From: Leptospiraceae bacterium
GTDB taxonomy: Bacteria > Spirochaetota > Leptospiria > Leptospirales > Leptonemataceae
NCBI GenBank assembly: GCA_040217195.1
Contig: JAVJNR010000008.1
Span: 352,001 to 416,000 of the forward strand
Reading direction: 5' to 3'
Length of the DNA: 64,000 bases
Shown: piece by piece, positions 48,574 to 58,482 of the stretch
Layout: each line of letters begins with the position of its first letter
How positions within the stretch are numbered: the first letter of the stretch is position 1
Notes under the pieces: model-generated
What the model was told of the DNA's origin: nothing
Databases searched by the model: none
What the model saw: the letters and a program-made list of their open reading frames with translations, nothing else
Made by a program: the position numbers and the translations under genes

Positions 48574-48614
48574 CACTATGGTCAAGCGGATGCACTATGG
48601 TCAAGCGGATGCAC
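48574..48614. repeat. 19-bp perfect tandem duplication
   Basis: CACTATGGTCAAGCGGATG at 48574-48592 and 48593-48611, followed by a partial CAC. Confidence 0.95.
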
Positions 48615-48732
48615 CAAAGTCGAGCGCATAGAACTGGCCGATTCCGGGCCATACATAGTGCAGGATCTGGCCAGTATGCGAAACCTGATGCTCAGGACTT
48701 AACTCTTTGCCGCTAAAAAAATTCCACATCGC

Positions 48733-51063
48733 TCATTCACTGATTCGAAACAGTGTACGGACCGGCGGTTTTCCGGGACAATGAAGTGTAATCTCATAGC
48801 TTCCAGCAACAGGCTTAATCTGTGTTCTCAGATGTCCGCCGGCTGGAATCCTATGCATCTGACCATTGATGCTGTAGTAGCAATCCGATTCTGCGCGAAT
48901 TTCCAGAAGCACTGACTGGCTATCCTCCGGTCTATGTGGATCCAGAACAAAGATTTGATCATCCAGAGGGTGCAGAATGCCCATCGGCTGACTGGCCTCA
49001 TGAATTCCCGAGCAGGGAGGAGGTAGTACATCCTCGGGTAAGAAGGGTTCGGTCCAGGCAGGACAATTCGGACCGGCAAGATGGCCGGTCTTTTTGCATA
49101 TATTTGCGTATCTCCAGCTATCCGGATAATGAAACCTGGAATCGCTATTTTCGTAAAGCATCCGCATCACCTGATGCATTATCCGCCCGGCCCCTCTCGC
49201 TCCGGATACACCCAGAGTGGGTTCGCTGCGAAAGTTGCCCACCCATACGCCCACCACATGGTTGGTCGTGTATCCTACGGCCCAGGAATCGCGAAAATCC
49301 TTGGAGGTTCCTGTCTTGGCGGCCACATCAAAGGGAAAGTCCAGAAAACTCCGTGGACCAAAGGAACCCCTTCTGGCTTCCCGATCGGAAAGAATATGGC
49401 GGATTAGCAGGGCAGTGTCTGTGCGAAATAGCTGCTTTCTCTGACCAAATCTAAGAACTGGACTGTGAGCAATTTGAACCGGCAACATTTCTCCTTCAGC
49501 GGCCAGGGCCCCGTAAAGAAGGGTTACTTCAAATAGTGTAGCACCCCCGGTTCCCAGTGCCAGAGATGGGCCGTAGTCTCGGGCAGGCTCCTGCATGTGC
49601 TCAAAACCGGCAGATTTTAGCAAGTCGTAGAATCGTTGGGCACCCAGCCTTTCAATGAGTCGCACTGCAGGGATATTGCGAGAACCGGCAAGTGCTTCGC
49701 GAACAGTGATGGTTCCACTGAACTTCAGATCATGATTTCGCGGCGCATATGTTTCCTTTCGAATAGAATCCGTAATCACGTATTCGCTGTCATCGATCAA
49801 ATGGCCAGGACGTAGCCCCATTTCCTGCACTGCCAGTGCATACAGGAAAGGCTTCAGTACACTGCCAGCATCGTGAATGGCCAGGGCCCCATTAACCTGA
49901 CCGTCCTGACCTTCGAAATCCGATGAGCCTATCATGGCCCTCAGATTCCAGAATTCAGAACCCCGTTCCAGAACTATAACCGCCGCCTGGTTGGCTCCTT
50001 TATCTTCCAGCACCGATAGCTCGGCCTGAATGATGCTTTGAATATGGGTTTGCAATCCATTGTCCAGTTCAGTCAGAACCTCTCCGCGCACATCCAGGTT
50101 GTGAAACAGATAGACTCCCAGGTGAGGGGCACTGTGCGGATATCCAGAGATCTGTATTTCAGAATTGGATGCTTCCGAAACGGATTCTGTTTCCTCCGTG
50201 GAATGATCGCCAGCATCCAGGAATCGAAAGGAACTCGGGAACTTAATATGCTCTTCGGACTGCCAGCCGCATTGCTCGGCCAGGATCGGCATTTCCGATT
50301 TAGTTCTAAGAAACAGATGCTGCATTCTATTTTTCATCGCCTCTAGATTCATTGAGGTTCGCCTTAGAAGTACAATGAGCAACGACTGCTCTTCGCAACT
50401 CAATAAAGACAGATCCTTATCAAAATAGTATCTCGCAGCAGCCGGGAATCCTTTTCTGTTCCGTCCCAGAGGTGCATTCTGAATATATCGATCCAGAAGT
50501 TCATCCTTGCTCCAATGGGAACTGACCTTGATCGCATATAGTGCTTCTACTGGTTTTCTCAACAATGCACTTTCAGGCATTCTGTGCTTAAATGCAATTC
50601 GAACGTATTGCTGCGGGATGGTAGAAGCTCCGCTTACGATTCGACCTTCCCTGACGTTGGATAAGAAGGCACGGATTATTGCCTGGAAATCCAGGCCACC
50701 ATGATGATAATAATTCTGATCCTCGGCCAGAAGCAAAAGGCGGATGAATGTGTCCGGTATTCGGCCCGGAGCCTTTTGAATTCCCAGATCGGGATTGCTG
50801 TATTCGAAAATTAATTCCTGATGCCTGGAAAGAAGGAATATATCACTGTCTCTGCGACCGGGAAGGGGGCTCAAGAAGAAGGACAGAGAGCCCAAAACAT
50901 AAAGAATGAGAAAGCCGGTAAAGTAACCATTGATGCGAGGCCACTCGCCATAGACCGGTTTGTTCAGATGATTCCGGATGAGTCTGCCCAGCTTGCTAAG
51001 ACTGGCCAGACTAAACCTCCAGGCCCCTGAACCCAGGGCTATTACCTTGTTGCGCCAATGCAT
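48733..51063 (-). CDS. pbpC: Penicillin-binding protein 1C
   Basis: Transglycosylase AED..Y.H.G.D and GASTIPQQ, transpeptidase SVLK, SRN and KTG; directly downstream of an alpha-2-macroglobulin gene. Confidence 0.92.
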   Translation of the reverse strand: MHWRNKVIALGSGAWRFSLASLSKLGRLIRNHLNKPVYGEWPRINGYFTGFLILYVLGSLSFFLSPLPGRRDSDIFLLSRHQELIFEYSNPDLGIQKAPGRIPDTFIRLLLLAEDQNYYHHGGLDFQAIIRAFLSNVREGRIVSGASTIPQQYVRIAFKHRMPESALLRKPVEALYAIKVSSHWSKDELLDRYIQNAPLGRNRKGFPAAARYYFDKDLSLLSCEEQSLLIVLLRRTSMNLEAMKNRMQHLFLRTKSEMPILAEQCGWQSEEHIKFPSSFRFLDAGDHSTEETESVSEASNSEIQISGYPHSAPHLGVYLFHNLDVRGEVLTELDNGLQTHIQSIIQAELSVLEDKGANQAAVIVLERGSEFWNLRAMIGSSDFEGQDGQVNGALAIHDAGSVLKPFLYALAVQEMGLRPGHLIDDSEYVITDSIRKETYAPRNHDLKFSGTITVREALAGSRNIPAVRLIERLGAQRFYDLLKSAGFEHMQEPARDYGPSLALGTGGATLFEVTLLYGALAAEGEMLPVQIAHSPVLRFGQRKQLFRTDTALLIRHILSDREARRGSFGPRSFLDFPFDVAAKTGTSKDFRDSWAVGYTTNHVVGVWVGNFRSEPTLGVSGARGAGRIMHQVMRMLYENSDSRFHYPDSWRYANICKKTGHLAGPNCPAWTEPFLPEDVLPPPCSGIHEASQPMGILHPLDDQIFVLDPHRPEDSQSVLLEIRAESDCYYSINGQMHRIPAGGHLRTQIKPVAGSYEITLHCPGKPPVRTLFRISE

Positions 51064-51133
51064 TGCAGTAATCGGTCAGGGGCCTGTCCGGCTACTGGGA
51101 CTCAATGAGCCTCAGGTACAAACAGTCTTTCAT

Positions 51134-54100
51134 TTACTCCACCACCTGTATTGCATCGGCGCTCCGACCGAAAATCTCGGGCTCATACATGCTGTAGGCA
51201 CTGGCTGCCGGATACAGAGCCTGTCCCCGAAACAGTGGCCTGATTAGATACACGAACTGATGCGCCCCCGCGGGCAGATAGGTTTGCACAACTTCAAAGG
51301 CATCATCCCGATGATCTATCAGGGCCGGGCTGGCCCACCAGTAGCTGTCCGAAGATTGGGTTCTCAAGCCACTGGCACTGAAGGATTCGGTGGCAAATCC
51401 AGTGTTTACAATTTCACTATGAGATGGTAGAGGATCTCTTAATATGAAATGGCTCAGAGGTCTGGTTGTTGTAACGGTGATACGCACCAGATAGATTCTT
51501 CCTCGCTTCATTTCATCTTCGCCGGCCACAAATGGAGATGTACTGCCCTTGCCCAGAGCCTGGTCCAGGGGTTGAATCGTTCTGTGCACCTCGATTCCTT
51601 CATCAGCCGGTTCCGGGCGCAGAGGAGGGATTGTGTACTGCATCCAGGTAGTGTAGTAAAGTTGACCGGGGCCCCTGGAGACAAAGTCAAAATTCTGTAG
51701 CGAGCCGGTATAGAATTCCTTCAATTGATCTGCAGAAAGCTTGAGGTTTTTCTCAGGATCTTTTTCGGTTAGTTTTCCATCAAAAATGGATTTCTTGCCC
51801 ATCGTTATTGAATAACCGGTATCGGCACTCTTCTCAATTTTTTCATGGTAGTTGGCAAGGGCCAGAGCCATCAAAGCCTCTGAATGGCTGGAGGATTTGT
51901 AAGGATTGCGAACAATCACCGATTGAACCAACCTGGGCACCAGTGGATGCTGTGGCTTCCAGGCAGTCAGTACTCTCAACCATAGAGCAACGGTTCCTTC
52001 TTCCGAGTAAAAAGCCCTGGAATAGGAGAACGAAACCCTTTCCTGAAGTTCTGCTCTTCTTGCATTCCATCGCACCTGGTTCTGGAACCTCTGGAGCAAT
52101 TGCTCGGACACGGATGCATCCAATTGGATGGCGCCAGATTCCAGGTCCGAAAGCAGCAGGTAAGCGCTGGAGCGTAAAGACAGATCATCTCTATGCTTGA
52201 CCAGATAGTCTGTTAGCCCGGCAACCGGACGATCTCGAAGAACATAGTTGATAAGAGACAGAGTTTCCAGCAGATACCCCCGGAAGTCTTTCTCCGGATT
52301 CTTACTGTAGTTTCTCAGGTATGCTTCAGCTCTTGCCAGGGTTCGTGCAGAAACCGGACGACCTCTCTTTTTGGCCTCCTGAAGCACCAGAAATACATAG
52401 GCCGTGGTATAAGGAGAAGATAGGCCGCTGGTATCTTCTTTCCAGAGTCTGAAACCTCCATTCGCATTCTGAAACTCCCCTATAGAATCAAGAACAAGAT
52501 CCTCCAGTTGTGCCCGGGAATATTTGCCCATGAACTTTTCTGGCAGGTATCTTTCCGGAGTGACCAGAGAAACAAGGTACGCACTACTTCGCTGTTCCAG
52601 ACATAGATAAGGATATCTGTCAAAATAGTAGAATGCTCCTTCCAGAGCCTGCAGGACTGTGGAGCTCAATTGAATTTCCACTTCTGCCGGGTATTCCGCA
52701 GGGTCCGGAATGGAAATGAACTCCTCTCCTTTTTGATCGCTGGTTGCCATACCAGTGGTTGCAAATGCCTCTCTGTATCTTTCAATCAATATTGGAAATT
52801 GGAATTCCATGGCATCCAGGGTACGGCCATTTTCGCTTGCATCAAAACTACCCTTTAGCTCCGTTCCAGAAACAGGAAGCTCTGCTTTTTTTTCAGGCAT
52901 TGGTAGCCAGCAGGTCTCTGTTGCTTCGCCGGTTTCGCCCGCAGAGAGGCTCATATTCTTGCTCAAAGGCTTTTCACATTTCAGTCCCTCTAGCTTCATC
53001 TGAAGCTTCAAGTTCTTCTTCGCATTGGTGGAATTGATAACCAGTGAGCCCACTTCCAGTTTATCTCCTGGACGAATGAATCGGGGAATTAGCTTCTGGA
53101 TTACAATGTCCCTTCGCACCTGGATTTCATAGTCTGTCTTCGCATAGCCTCCATCTCTGGCCGCCATGGCCATAAAACGAAAGGTAGTGAGGTTATCTGG
53201 CAGCTTGAACGTAAACTGAATCTCTCCTTTACTATTCGCTTTCAGAGTAGGATTCCAGTACGCAGTGTATTTGAAATTTCTGCGGGTGGACTGATCCCCG
53301 TCCAGGCCAAAACCGCCTGAATCCTGTTCATCACCTCCGCCGCCCGGACTGTCGCCTTTGGTGGCCAGCAGAAGTTGCTCTATCAAGGAGCCTCGATTCT
53401 CCAGCACCCGAACTCCAAGAGGCCATCCGGAATACATGGCTTGCACGGGATCGGAGAAATTATAATTCAAAAGATCCAGAACAGCACGATCAGCCACGGA
53501 TAGCGCTACCTCTGCGTTGGGCACGGTGCGAATGGTAGTTGTTACTTCCATTCCTGGCTTACAGGGATCACAGCTAGTCTTAATAGTTAGTGGAATTCTC
53601 TTTTGCTCACTGGAAACGTTTAGTCTTATCATTCCCATCTTGAACTGAGGTTTACCCGGATCTTCGGTGCGAGTGGGATTGGCCTCGGTTCTGGGGCGAA
53701 TTAGCATCACCCCCACATGAATTTCAGGAAGGTATTCTCCCTTGATGGGCACCTGAATGCTCTGAGCCGAAGATGTGAGCTCGATCGTTCGCTGCTCGAA
53801 AACCTTTTCTCGTTCTACAGTAATTATTGCCGTTGCATTCTTATAAGGGGACTGAATCAGAATACTGGCCGTATCGCCGGGCTTATAGTCCGTTTGCTCG
53901 GGAATCAGTTCAATTCTATCATCTCTGGAAAGACCCCAGTAACCGTAACCACTTCCGCCGGCATAAAAGGGAACCCTTGCATAGGCTCCGGAAGAAGTCC
54001 GTGCAACTATGAAATAGGAGCCGGCTTCTCTGGGCGTAAAGCTATACTCCACGGGGCTGGCCCCGGTTTCCAGACTGTCCTTGCTCACTCTCTCCAGGGT

Positions 54101-56896
54101 TTCCGTGGTTTCATTTCGAGCGGAACCACCAGGACCTCTGGTTTCACTTGTGCGATAGACCCGGCGAAAGACTTCAATCGTTAGATCAGCGCTTTCAACT
54201 CGCTTATTCTTATTTAATGCAATAAGCTGAAATTTAGCCGGCTGGCCGGCGGCAACGAAGTACCGCAGACGTTTGATTCCAGGGAATACTTCGTCTGCAA
54301 AAACCGTTGCAGATCTGGTTGTAGAAACTGACCGATCCCCCAGATCCCGAACCTGGTTTTCTACCGTTAGCGTCAGATGTGGCTTGAGTTCAATATTGCC
54401 TGCATTCTCAGTTTCAAGAATTAGCGGCTTCTTATGCGCCAGATTTGTCCGGAAAGCATGTCTCATCTCTCCTTTTCCATCCAGCGTTCCTTCCAGGCGA
54501 GCCACCAGCCCCTGTGAGGTGGATTCATATTCATCGTACACCCAGTCACCAAAGGCAAAGCCTCGGAAACGAGAGTCGGAGATATCTGTACTGTTTGCGT
54601 ACAGGCTCAAGGTAGAACTGGCCCCACTCATTGGAGCACCAAATAAATAAACTCCTCGAGCCACCAGATCAAGCGTGGAGCCATCCACAGAATCCTGCAC
54701 TCCGTCAATGGAAGCCGAGAAGGTAGCCGGTCTGAACTCCTCAACCTGGAAGGTAGCGGACAACTCTCGGTCAGGGAATCCGTCTATGCCCTTTACAGGC
54801 CTTCCATTTATTTCCATGAGTCTCAGCTGGACTGTATAATGACCGGTGGGAGCATCCTTTTCCGTATCCAGGGATAGATCTACTCCCCCTTCATCGGTAC
54901 CGCTGAGCATTCCTTCCTTGATTACTTTACCCCTGGAATTCGTTACTGTGGCAAAAACCTTACCCTTGTTCTTGCTCAGCGCTTCCAGTTTTCCATGACT
55001 TAGAAGTGCAAGGAAGGCTTTGATATGGATCTGCTCCCCCGGACGATACAGTCTGCGGTCAAACTCAATAAGTCCCTTGAGATCCGGATACCCGGCTGTA
55101 TAGTCGAAATAAGACGATACACTCCATGTATAGCGATAATGATCTCTTGAAGTAAGAAATGCTCGATCCTCTTTGGTACTGGCAACAACCAGAGTGCCGG
55201 ACGTGAGCCTGTCCTGGTTTCTCTTAACTTCGCAGTACCCTTTTGCATCAGTCTTGCAGCTTCCATGTTTGCTGGAAATTGTATACGCATCCACTGTGGC
55301 ATCGCTCACAGGCTTATTGTTGCTCAGTTTATGAACCCAGACATGAATTCCACGGGGACTTTCTTTTACGATCATGCCGAGATCAGTGGATTGCAAAATT
55401 CGGTAGGAGCTCTCTCGTTGTTTGCGATCCTTCCAGTCCAGGGTATCGGCGGCTACATAAACCGCGACCCAGCCTCTCTTCTTGCTGTCTAAATATGGAG
55501 AAAAATCTACACCAAAGGTGGCTGCATCCACAGGTTTTAGATTTGTCTTTATCTCCCTGGTCTTGTAGCTTAACTTTTTTAGATAGGAACTGCTGCTACT
55601 ATTGGCCAGATACTGCTGAATATCGGAAACATCCAGTGCTCGATGCCCTACAGTGAATTCAGGTATGGCAGCCATGCTGGCTGCCACCTGCTGCTTCATT
55701 TCGGATTCAATTACTTCGGAGGTTCCATATCGCATGGAAAAGTCCGGTCGATAGACCGGTAGCTGGACTTCGAATTTATGACTCTTTGCCAGCTTATTTC
55801 CCATCACATCAGTTAATCCAGCAGATACATGGATGGTAACGGTTTGTCCGGCTTCTACGGGCCATTCCCGGACAGACATAAAGGTTGTTTCATCTTCATC
55901 CGGAGTACTTCGCTTTAAGGGTGGATCCAGGCGAATATGTTGCAATGCTGTAGCTGGATTTACCGGGTTGTTAAATCGCAAACCAACTCCCCAGGCATCC
56001 TGAAAGTACTTCTTTTTTTCACTCAAACTAACTTCCAGAGGTCCGTAGGTCTGATACGTAATGACTGCTTCCTGCTCCAGGCCGTCGTTGCCACCTTCCG
56101 GCGGTAATCCCTTACCAAGGATAATCTGAATCTTTGCATTTCTGGGCAATTCTTCCTTGGGAATCAGTCGAACGCGGCTCCGGGACTCCTCCGATTCCAG
56201 GTCAGAATCATCCGAATCATCCATACGATAGGTTGCCTCAAAGCCCACCGGTCGACCATTGGCCAGGATTTTGCCCATTCGCTGAATATCTCTTATAGAT
56301 ACCGGGTAATTAAAATAGAGCTTAAATTCCTCTTCGTATCGAATGCGATTGCCGGAATAGGGATAGGAATAATGAAGCTTTAAAGGCGGAGTTCTGAAAG
56401 AAAACGAATAGGACTTTGCCATTTCCTTTCCGTTCAGTGCTTTCTGTTCTGGCACGGTAATCTTGTAGGAGCTACCGGGCTTCAGTGGTTCCTCCGGAAT
56501 AAAGGCGGCCACCCTGGTGCCGTACCAGCGGATCTTGCCTTTGATGGCAGGCTCAATACGAAAGGACTCTCGTTTTGCCTCTTCGACCCGCCCCAGAGGG
56601 ACCATCGGATGATTGAATACTACAATGATTTCCTGTTCCAGCTGAGCCGTTTCCAGAAGCCCTCGGGGACTGGCCTGAATTACTTCCAGGATGTTTGGAT
56701 TGGGAGCGCCGGGCTCCTCCAGAGGATTGGATATGGCGGCCGGTAAGGCCTCCAGGGGCCGATCCACAGCCCTCCAGAGACCAGCAAGCAGCAGACTCAG
56801 AAATCCGGATAAGAAAACGAAGGCCACAGCCGGAATAATCCCGGCTCTTCCATGGATTCTAAAATAGGCTCGAATAGGAGCAAAAGGTTTAAGCAT
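51134..56896 (-). CDS. Bacterial alpha-2-macroglobulin (about 1920 aa)
   Basis: MG domains (DRRLYRPGE, FQVEEFRP, YKPGD), LPDNLTTFR, thioester motif YPYLCLEQ, C-terminal MYEPE. Start set at ATG 56896. Confidence 0.95.
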   Translation of the reverse strand: MLKPFAPIRAYFRIHGRAGIIPAVAFVFLSGFLSLLLAGLWRAVDRPLEALPAAISNPLEEPGAPNPNILEVIQASPRGLLETAQLEQEIIVVFNHPMVPLGRVEEAKRESFRIEPAIKGKIRWYGTRVAAFIPEEPLKPGSSYKITVPEQKALNGKEMAKSYSFSFRTPPLKLHYSYPYSGNRIRYEEEFKLYFNYPVSIRDIQRMGKILANGRPVGFEATYRMDDSDDSDLESEESRSRVRLIPKEELPRNAKIQIILGKGLPPEGGNDGLEQEAVITYQTYGPLEVSLSEKKKYFQDAWGVGLRFNNPVNPATALQHIRLDPPLKRSTPDEDETTFMSVREWPVEAGQTVTIHVSAGLTDVMGNKLAKSHKFEVQLPVYRPDFSMRYGTSEVIESEMKQQVAASMAAIPEFTVGHRALDVSDIQQYLANSSSSSYLKKLSYKTREIKTNLKPVDAATFGVDFSPYLDSKKRGWVAVYVAADTLDWKDRKQRESSYRILQSTDLGMIVKESPRGIHVWVHKLSNNKPVSDATVDAYTISSKHGSCKTDAKGYCEVKRNQDRLTSGTLVVASTKEDRAFLTSRDHYRYTWSVSSYFDYTAGYPDLKGLIEFDRRLYRPGEQIHIKAFLALLSHGKLEALSKNKGKVFATVTNSRGKVIKEGMLSGTDEGGVDLSLDTEKDAPTGHYTVQLRLMEINGRPVKGIDGFPDRELSATFQVEEFRPATFSASIDGVQDSVDGSTLDLVARGVYLFGAPMSGASSTLSLYANSTDISDSRFRGFAFGDWVYDEYESTSQGLVARLEGTLDGKGEMRHAFRTNLAHKKPLILETENAGNIELKPHLTLTVENQVRDLGDRSVSTTRSATVFADEVFPGIKRLRYFVAAGQPAKFQLIALNKNKRVESADLTIEVFRRVYRTSETRGPGGSARNETTETLERVSKDSLETGASPVEYSFTPREAGSYFIVARTSSGAYARVPFYAGGSGYGYWGLSRDDRIELIPEQTDYKPGDTASILIQSPYKNATAIITVEREKVFEQRTIELTSSAQSIQVPIKGEYLPEIHVGVMLIRPRTEANPTRTEDPGKPQFKMGMIRLNVSSEQKRIPLTIKTSCDPCKPGMEVTTTIRTVPNAEVALSVADRAVLDLLNYNFSDPVQAMYSGWPLGVRVLENRGSLIEQLLLATKGDSPGGGGDEQDSGGFGLDGDQSTRRNFKYTAYWNPTLKANSKGEIQFTFKLPDNLTTFRFMAMAARDGGYAKTDYEIQVRRDIVIQKLIPRFIRPGDKLEVGSLVINSTNAKKNLKLQMKLEGLKCEKPLSKNMSLSAGETGEATETCWLPMPEKKAELPVSGTELKGSFDASENGRTLDAMEFQFPILIERYREAFATTGMATSDQKGEEFISIPDPAEYPAEVEIQLSSTVLQALEGAFYYFDRYPYLCLEQRSSAYLVSLVTPERYLPEKFMGKYSRAQLEDLVLDSIGEFQNANGGFRLWKEDTSGLSSPYTTAYVFLVLQEAKKRGRPVSARTLARAEAYLRNYSKNPEKDFRGYLLETLSLINYVLRDRPVAGLTDYLVKHRDDLSLRSSAYLLLSDLESGAIQLDASVSEQLLQRFQNQVRWNARRAELQERVSFSYSRAFYSEEGTVALWLRVLTAWKPQHPLVPRLVQSVIVRNPYKSSSHSEALMALALANYHEKIEKSADTGYSITMGKKSIFDGKLTEKDPEKNLKLSADQLKEFYTGSLQNFDFVSRGPGQLYYTTWMQYTIPPLRPEPADEGIEVHRTIQPLDQALGKGSTSPFVAGEDEMKRGRIYLVRITVTTTRPLSHFILRDPLPSHSEIVNTGFATESFSASGLRTQSSDSYWWASPALIDHRDDAFEVVQTYLPAGAHQFVYLIRPLFRGQALYPAASAYSMYEPEIFGRSADAIQVVE

Positions 56897-56939
56897 AATT
56901 TTTCCTGTATTTGCAGGATTGGGCCGATATTTAGACTGT

Positions 56940-57977
56940 ATGCGACCGTATCCGGGGAACTTATTTTTCGAAAAGGCCCAGCTTTTTACAAGCAAAACCG
57001 CGCCATCTGTCCGTTTACTGCTACTGATTCTGGGCCTCTTTTTCCTGTCCCCATCGATTCAAGAAAACTCTGTAGCCCATTTGCCAGGGCCATCACCCCT
57101 GGGCGCGGAAAGTCCGGATTATTCCAATATGGGTGCACTCCTGAAAACCAACCGACAGGACATGGAATTCATTAATGTGGCGCTCAGCAATTTGCCTGTT
57201 ACTCCGGAAAATAATCAACAGCCCAGCGAGGGACTGCAAACCGGCCTTGCCCTGAAAGAAAAGCTAAGTGAGAAAATGAAATTGGCCGTGGAGCATGACT
57301 TCTTCGCCGGCATCTATTATTTACAGGGAAATTACGGCCATACCTACCGAGAGCTCAGCACATCCAGAAATCTACTCCAGCAAGTCTATAAAGAGATTCT
57401 GGAATACTACATTGATGGTACCTGGATTCTTCTGGAGTCCGCGGCACCCATTATCCTGCGCACCCAGGATGCCAAATCCAAACATTTTCTCCAACTGGGA
57501 TTTCGTGACCTGGAATCCTCCAGGCTTTTTCATCAACGGGGCAGCAACATAGGCAAGAAACTATATACGAATCAAATCAATTTCTACAAACAGGGAATCA
57601 AGCGAGTGCGCAGATCCCGCAAATACGGAGTACTTGCAATCCTGGAATCCAGAACGCCCATCGAAGAGAAGAAGGAATATCAGTACGTAAGCTACGATGA
57701 AGTGCGTAATCCTTCTATTACCGAAGATGTGAAAGAATACGATCGAGTATTGAACCGAATGATTGGACTGATAAGCAGACAACTGGTAGATTCTAGCATA
57801 AAATCATCGACTCGCGGCTATCCCATCGAACTGGATCTTATCAAGATGCATCAGGATAATTTCGGAGCCATTATACCGGACCATCCCCATCTCTTAAATC
57901 GCTTCCTTTCTGAAGTGGAAACTGCAAAATTTCATGAACGTCAGAAATTGCCGGAACGCAGTCGGCAGGGACGGTAA
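56940..57977 (+). CDS. OmpL37-family surface protein
   Basis: SPD..N.G...N...FINVALSNL, LGFRDLESS and H.DNFG match my recollection of Leptospira OmpL37; N-terminal signal-like segment. Confidence 0.75.
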   Translation: MRPYPGNLFFEKAQLFTSKTAPSVRLLLLILGLFFLSPSIQENSVAHLPGPSPLGAESPDYSNMGALLKTNRQDMEFINVALSNLPVTPENNQQPSEGLQTGLALKEKLSEKMKLAVEHDFFAGIYYLQGNYGHTYRELSTSRNLLQQVYKEILEYYIDGTWILLESAAPIILRTQDAKSKHFLQLGFRDLESSRLFHQRGSNIGKKLYTNQINFYKQGIKRVRRSRKYGVLAILESRTPIEEKKEYQYVSYDEVRNPSITEDVKEYDRVLNRMIGLISRQLVDSSIKSSTRGYPIELDLIKMHQDNFGAIIPDHPHLLNRFLSEVETAKFHERQKLPERSRQGR

Positions 57978-58102
57978 GTCCTGATACCATCAAACATCTG
58001 CGCCAGAATTCCCCCGGTCCAGAGATCTCGATCTGACCTCCGCGCTGAATCAACGACAATTCAGCACTGGCCACCGAAAATGGGAATGATTACACTTATC
58101 TA

Positions 58103-58324
58103 ATGGCCAGGATGTTAATGATTACCGGCGCTTTGATTTTCGGAGTCGGTCTTCTAATCTTTCTCGCAAGCCGATTCGGAGGGCCCTTTAGCTGGCCGGG
58201 GCATCTGCCAGGAGACATTCGAATAGAAAAAGAGAACTTCTCTTTCTATTTTCCACTAACTACAAGTATACTGATCAGTGTTGTGTTGTCCGCACTTCTA
58301 TATCTAATTTCCAGATTTCGCTAA
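58103..58324 (+). CDS. DUF2905-family small membrane protein
   Basis: G.LPGDIRIEKENFSFYFPLTTSILIS signature between two TM helices. Confidence 0.88.
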   Translation: MARMLMITGALIFGVGLLIFLASRFGGPFSWPGHLPGDIRIEKENFSFYFPLTTSILISVVLSALLYLISRFR

Positions 58325-58482
58325 TGGACTACCGGGGATGTCGGTGCCATGCAGCGAAACCGTCTTCGGCGATGAACTGAGATACCAGAGAAGCTAGACC
58401 GCTTCAAGTATGACTACATCCCCTACGAAATGCAGAGGGATGGATCAAATCAGGGCACAAGACGGAGACCACTTCAGGCCTT

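Noticed and set aside
48574..48614. Direct repeat as a CRISPR array
   Set aside because: Only two abutting 19-bp copies, no spacers, and no cas genes in the window.
48450..48716. 88-aa ORF in the lysA-pbpC spacer
   Set aside because: TTG start without SD, unnatural composition, and it spans a 19-bp duplication that is not a multiple of 3 plus several inverted repeats.
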